Assembly: GCA_001662655.1 (NCBI GenBank)
Contig: KV460216.1
Source: Pseudogymnoascus verrucosus
Lineage: Eukaryota
Length of the DNA stretch: 64,000 nucleotides
Reading direction: 5' to 3' (one strand)
Every line of letters begins with the position of its first letter. Position 1 is the stretch's first letter. The notes under the pieces were generated by a model. It saw nothing but the letters and a program-made list of their open reading frames with translations. It ran no database searches and had not been told where the DNA came from. This document shows positions 60,750-64,000 of this stretch, piece by piece. Position numbers and translations under genes: made by a program.

Positions 60750-61235
60750 CGTGGGCGGTTGTCGAGATGGCTCCCCTCAACAGCTTCGTAGCCAGGTGCC
60801 TCCCAAGGCCAACCACCACGGGTAATCTAGCCTGATTTGCGCCCGAAGCTCAACTTAGATAGTAAGCACCGCAAAATATGAATATAGTCTGTAGAGAAGA
60901 TCATATATATATAGCCAAGCAGACACTGTCCGAAGAAACGATTGAGGAGGACAGTTGTGGCGGATAAAGAGTGTCGTTCTGGTGACACTTCGGCTCCCAG
61001 GTCGTCGATGATGATGGGATGGGGCCGAGTTGCGACCTTGGTCACCCGCGCTAAAGTGAGACCCCTGTATTTCCCCACGTTCGAAGGTCTTAGACGGGAG
61101 GGGAAGATCACGTGCATACTACTGCACGTCAGTGAGGGGATGATGCAGATATATGCATGGAATACTGGCGAATAGAATCTATTTTTGAGGTTAAAGTTGA
61201 TATTAATATTGAGAAATAATTTCCAAGAAGCAACT

Positions 61236-62535
61236 ATGGTCAAGTTAGAAGAGTTTGGCGTCGAACAGGTTTGACCCCGTATATCCAGACATTCCCCAAA
61301 TCCGTTCACCTGGACTAACCATATCTCAGTGGATGGACAAGTATGAGACCACGCCTGATGTCCTCAATATCGCTGAGACATGCGCCGCTTCTGTCTCCAT
61401 AGATGAGCTTGTTGCACTGTGTGAAGACAAAAAAGCCCCTGGGCCTCTGGATACTTCGGTCACCCTTACCTATGGAGCAATCCGCGGATCGGACAAGCTG
61501 CGCCAACGGCTGGCTGACTTGTATTCCGCGAGAGCTGCGTCGCCCATGTCGCTGGAGAGCATTCTGATTACTCCTGGGGCTATATCCGCCAACTTTCTTG
61601 TCCTATACAAGCTCATCGGACCTGGAGATCATGTTATCTGCATGTACCCCACCTACCAGCAGCTGTATTCTGTTCCCGAGAGCCTTGGCGCCGAAGTCTC
61701 GCTATGGAAGCTCAGACGGGAGAAGAACTACGTCCCTGATGTGGCCGAACTGGAGCAATTGGTGAAGCCAAACACCAAACTCATCATAATCAACAACCCG
61801 AACAACCCAACCGGCGCGGTCATCCGCAAGTCTGCGCTTCAAGCGATTATCTCTTTTGCCCGTGAGAGAGATATCACCATCCTTTCGGACGAGGTGTATC
61901 GACCTCTCTTCCATGGTATCTCACCTGTGGATGATGAGTACCCACCATCTCTGATATCAATGGGATATGACAAGGCCATTGTCACTGGCTCCATGTCAAA
62001 GGCGTATGCATTGGCTGGAATCCGCACCGGCTGGATAGCCTGCCGCAACCCTGAAATCATCGAGGCATTGGCCAGTGCCAGAGATTACACAACGATATCT
62101 GTGTCTCAGCTCGATGATCAAGTGGCAAGTTATGCATTATCTGCGAACGTCATACACGCATTGCTCTCGAGGAACATAAACTTGGCCAAAACAAACGTGG
62201 CTCTGGTTGAAAAGTTCGTGAATGATCACAGCTCAGTGTGCTCCTGGGTAAAGCCGTTAGCAGGGACAACTGCCTTCATCCAATTCAAGAAGAACGGCGA
62301 ACCAGTGGACGACGTGGCATTCTGTTTGGACGTACTGGAGAAGACCAAGGCCATGATACTGCCTGGCTCCAAGGGATTTGGACACGAGAGGGGGTTCGAC
62401 TATAAGGGATATGTCAGAATTGGCTACGTCTGCCATACTGCCGTCTTGAAAGAGGCTTTGGAGAGGATGTCGAAGTATGTAGCTGAGGAGCTGGTAGGAG
62501 GTGCATTCCCGAGTGGGCAGTTACCCCTTAGATGA
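61236..62535 (+). CDS. PLP-dependent class I/II aminotransferase-like protein; intron 61269-61329
   Basis: MVKLEEFGVEQ|WMDKYE, NNPNNPTG, DEVY, SMSKAYALAGIRTGW (PLP lysine). Confidence 0.9.
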
Positions 62536-63340
62536 GAATATTCAAAAAAATGAAGCTCATGATCACCCCGAGGCCGATGGTCCCCACGTCGTAAGCTTGA
62601 AAGTGTTTATTGTGCCCTGCTTCATAGTGAATCTCTTATCGTGCTGTCTGTTATCGATAACAATTAATCCTATCTTGATGGGTTGGGCTGCCCAAATATG
62701 TGAAGTTGATCTCGCGTAGCAACTTTTAGCCTTTGTTATTCCTCCCCCTTCCTCTTTTCCTCCTTTTCACAACACAAATCATCATTCTATACTATGAATA
62801 CCACTATACTTTTATTTGTATTATGGATTATTCAAAACCGACGGTGATATGACCATCGTTTGGTCAATCCCAAAGTAGGTTCTCCATCCTCAGTGTTTCC
62901 ATAACACAAGCATTCTTCCAGAATTTGGACCCGAAACAGAGCTGACTTTCTTCACTTTGCTCCAGAATACCGGTCGATATCTTTGGCGAGAACCACTCGC
63001 CACGGCGAAAAGCCAGGATTGGCTGGCCCGTAAGTCATCTCACTCTTCATTTCCACCCTTTTCCCTGCCGTGCCTCGAATAGCCAGACCTCAGGGACCAC
63101 ATGTGAACCTATGACCGGACTGGGCCTTGCTTTGTGGGCCTGCTGTCATCTTCGATCCTCGATCTCCCATGATCTCTGTTTGAAAGCAAGCCACTGACAC
63201 TCATACAGGCTGGCGGGCGGCCTTCTGCCGTCCCGCGAGGTCAACATTACCGGCGAGGTTAGCGTGCGCCTCTCTGTCGCCCGCTGATTAAGAATGAAGA
63301 ATCAGCGGGTGACGCGGATGCAAACGAGATGGGCTGATGG

Positions 63341-63444
63341 GCGGAGGAAGTTTTCGTAGCACTCGAGATCAAGGCTAGGAAACTGATAATACGTTTTATC
63401 AGTTTCGTAGCCTTGATCTCGAGTGCTACGAAAACTTCCTCCGC
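63341..63444. repeat. Near-perfect inverted repeat: 49-bp arms (1 mismatch) with 6-nt spacer
   Basis: Arm 63341-63389 is the reverse complement of 63396-63444 except one position. Confidence 0.95.
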
Positions 63445-64000
63445 GGTTACCACCAGCGATCCCACTCTCCGCGAGGTCATGAACCTCTAGGGCATGGACC
63501 CACGCGACATCGACCCGACGGAGGGTGGGATCGCAGCTCCCTTGTAAGTGCTCTCCCTTGCTCCTTCCAGTTGTATGTGCTGACTGATGTTTGATCTAGG
63601 CCAGCATCGCTACACTGTACTGCCGCAAGATACTGGCTTAGGCTTTGTTTCTTCGCCATCTTCGACGTAAGTTAGTTTTTATTTCATGATATTGGATTCT
63701 TGTTACCGCAATGTTTGCTGGCACCCCATGAATTTCCTTCTACGGATCTGTCTTGTGTGGACTGTTGGAGTTGGCTGTTGGTGTTGCCATGCAGCCTGCT
63801 GCTGTCGATACGTTCTTGCCGTCTGCCCCTTTTCTTGTCACCGGCGGCGTCCTCAGGACGCCAATGACAGTCTTTGTTCTTGCTGCACACCCCCTTATAT
63901 CCGCCAGAATTCTTAGGCAGTGCCGATGATAGCCTCTGGTTTTTGTGTATAAAGCAACCTCTTTCAACCCTGACCACTATTCTTCTTTCTTCTTTTGTTC

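Overview
This is eukaryotic DNA from a filamentous ascomycete (Pezizomycotina; short GT-AG introns with CTRAY branch points; a Leotiomycete is my inference). About 26 intron-containing protein genes, 2 intron-containing tRNAs and 3 snoRNAs can be reconstructed by hand. The left ~22.6 kb is largely accessory. It holds an MPDU1 homolog, a chromodomain mini-gene, an F-box-like gene, a long-chain alcohol oxidase, an ankyrin relic, a Fig1-like membrane protein and a six-gene aromatic-catabolism cluster (Zn2Cys6 TF, SnoaL-like protein, alpha/beta hydrolase, family III CoA-transferase, intradiol dioxygenase, salicylate-hydroxylase-like monooxygenase). Four promoter regions of that cluster share dense ATCCG/CGGAT motifs. 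The rest is mostly housekeeping genes (RPS11, SPC105, two divergent FPGS paralogs, MIC60, Rab5, SAC1, MTC4-like, GAB1, NOP7, RRN9, ADP1) plus DUF4246 and a PLP aminotransferase. The most unusual signal is a tandem triplet of box C/D snoRNAs (snR71/SNORD29-type) just downstream of RPS11. Their second, box-D guide is perfectly complementary to a loop in the highly structured first intron of the neighbouring RPS11 pre-mRNA. Two long unexplained hairpins (50.8 kb, 63.3 kb) also stand out. All gene models and family calls come from manual reading and recalled motifs; no database search was run.
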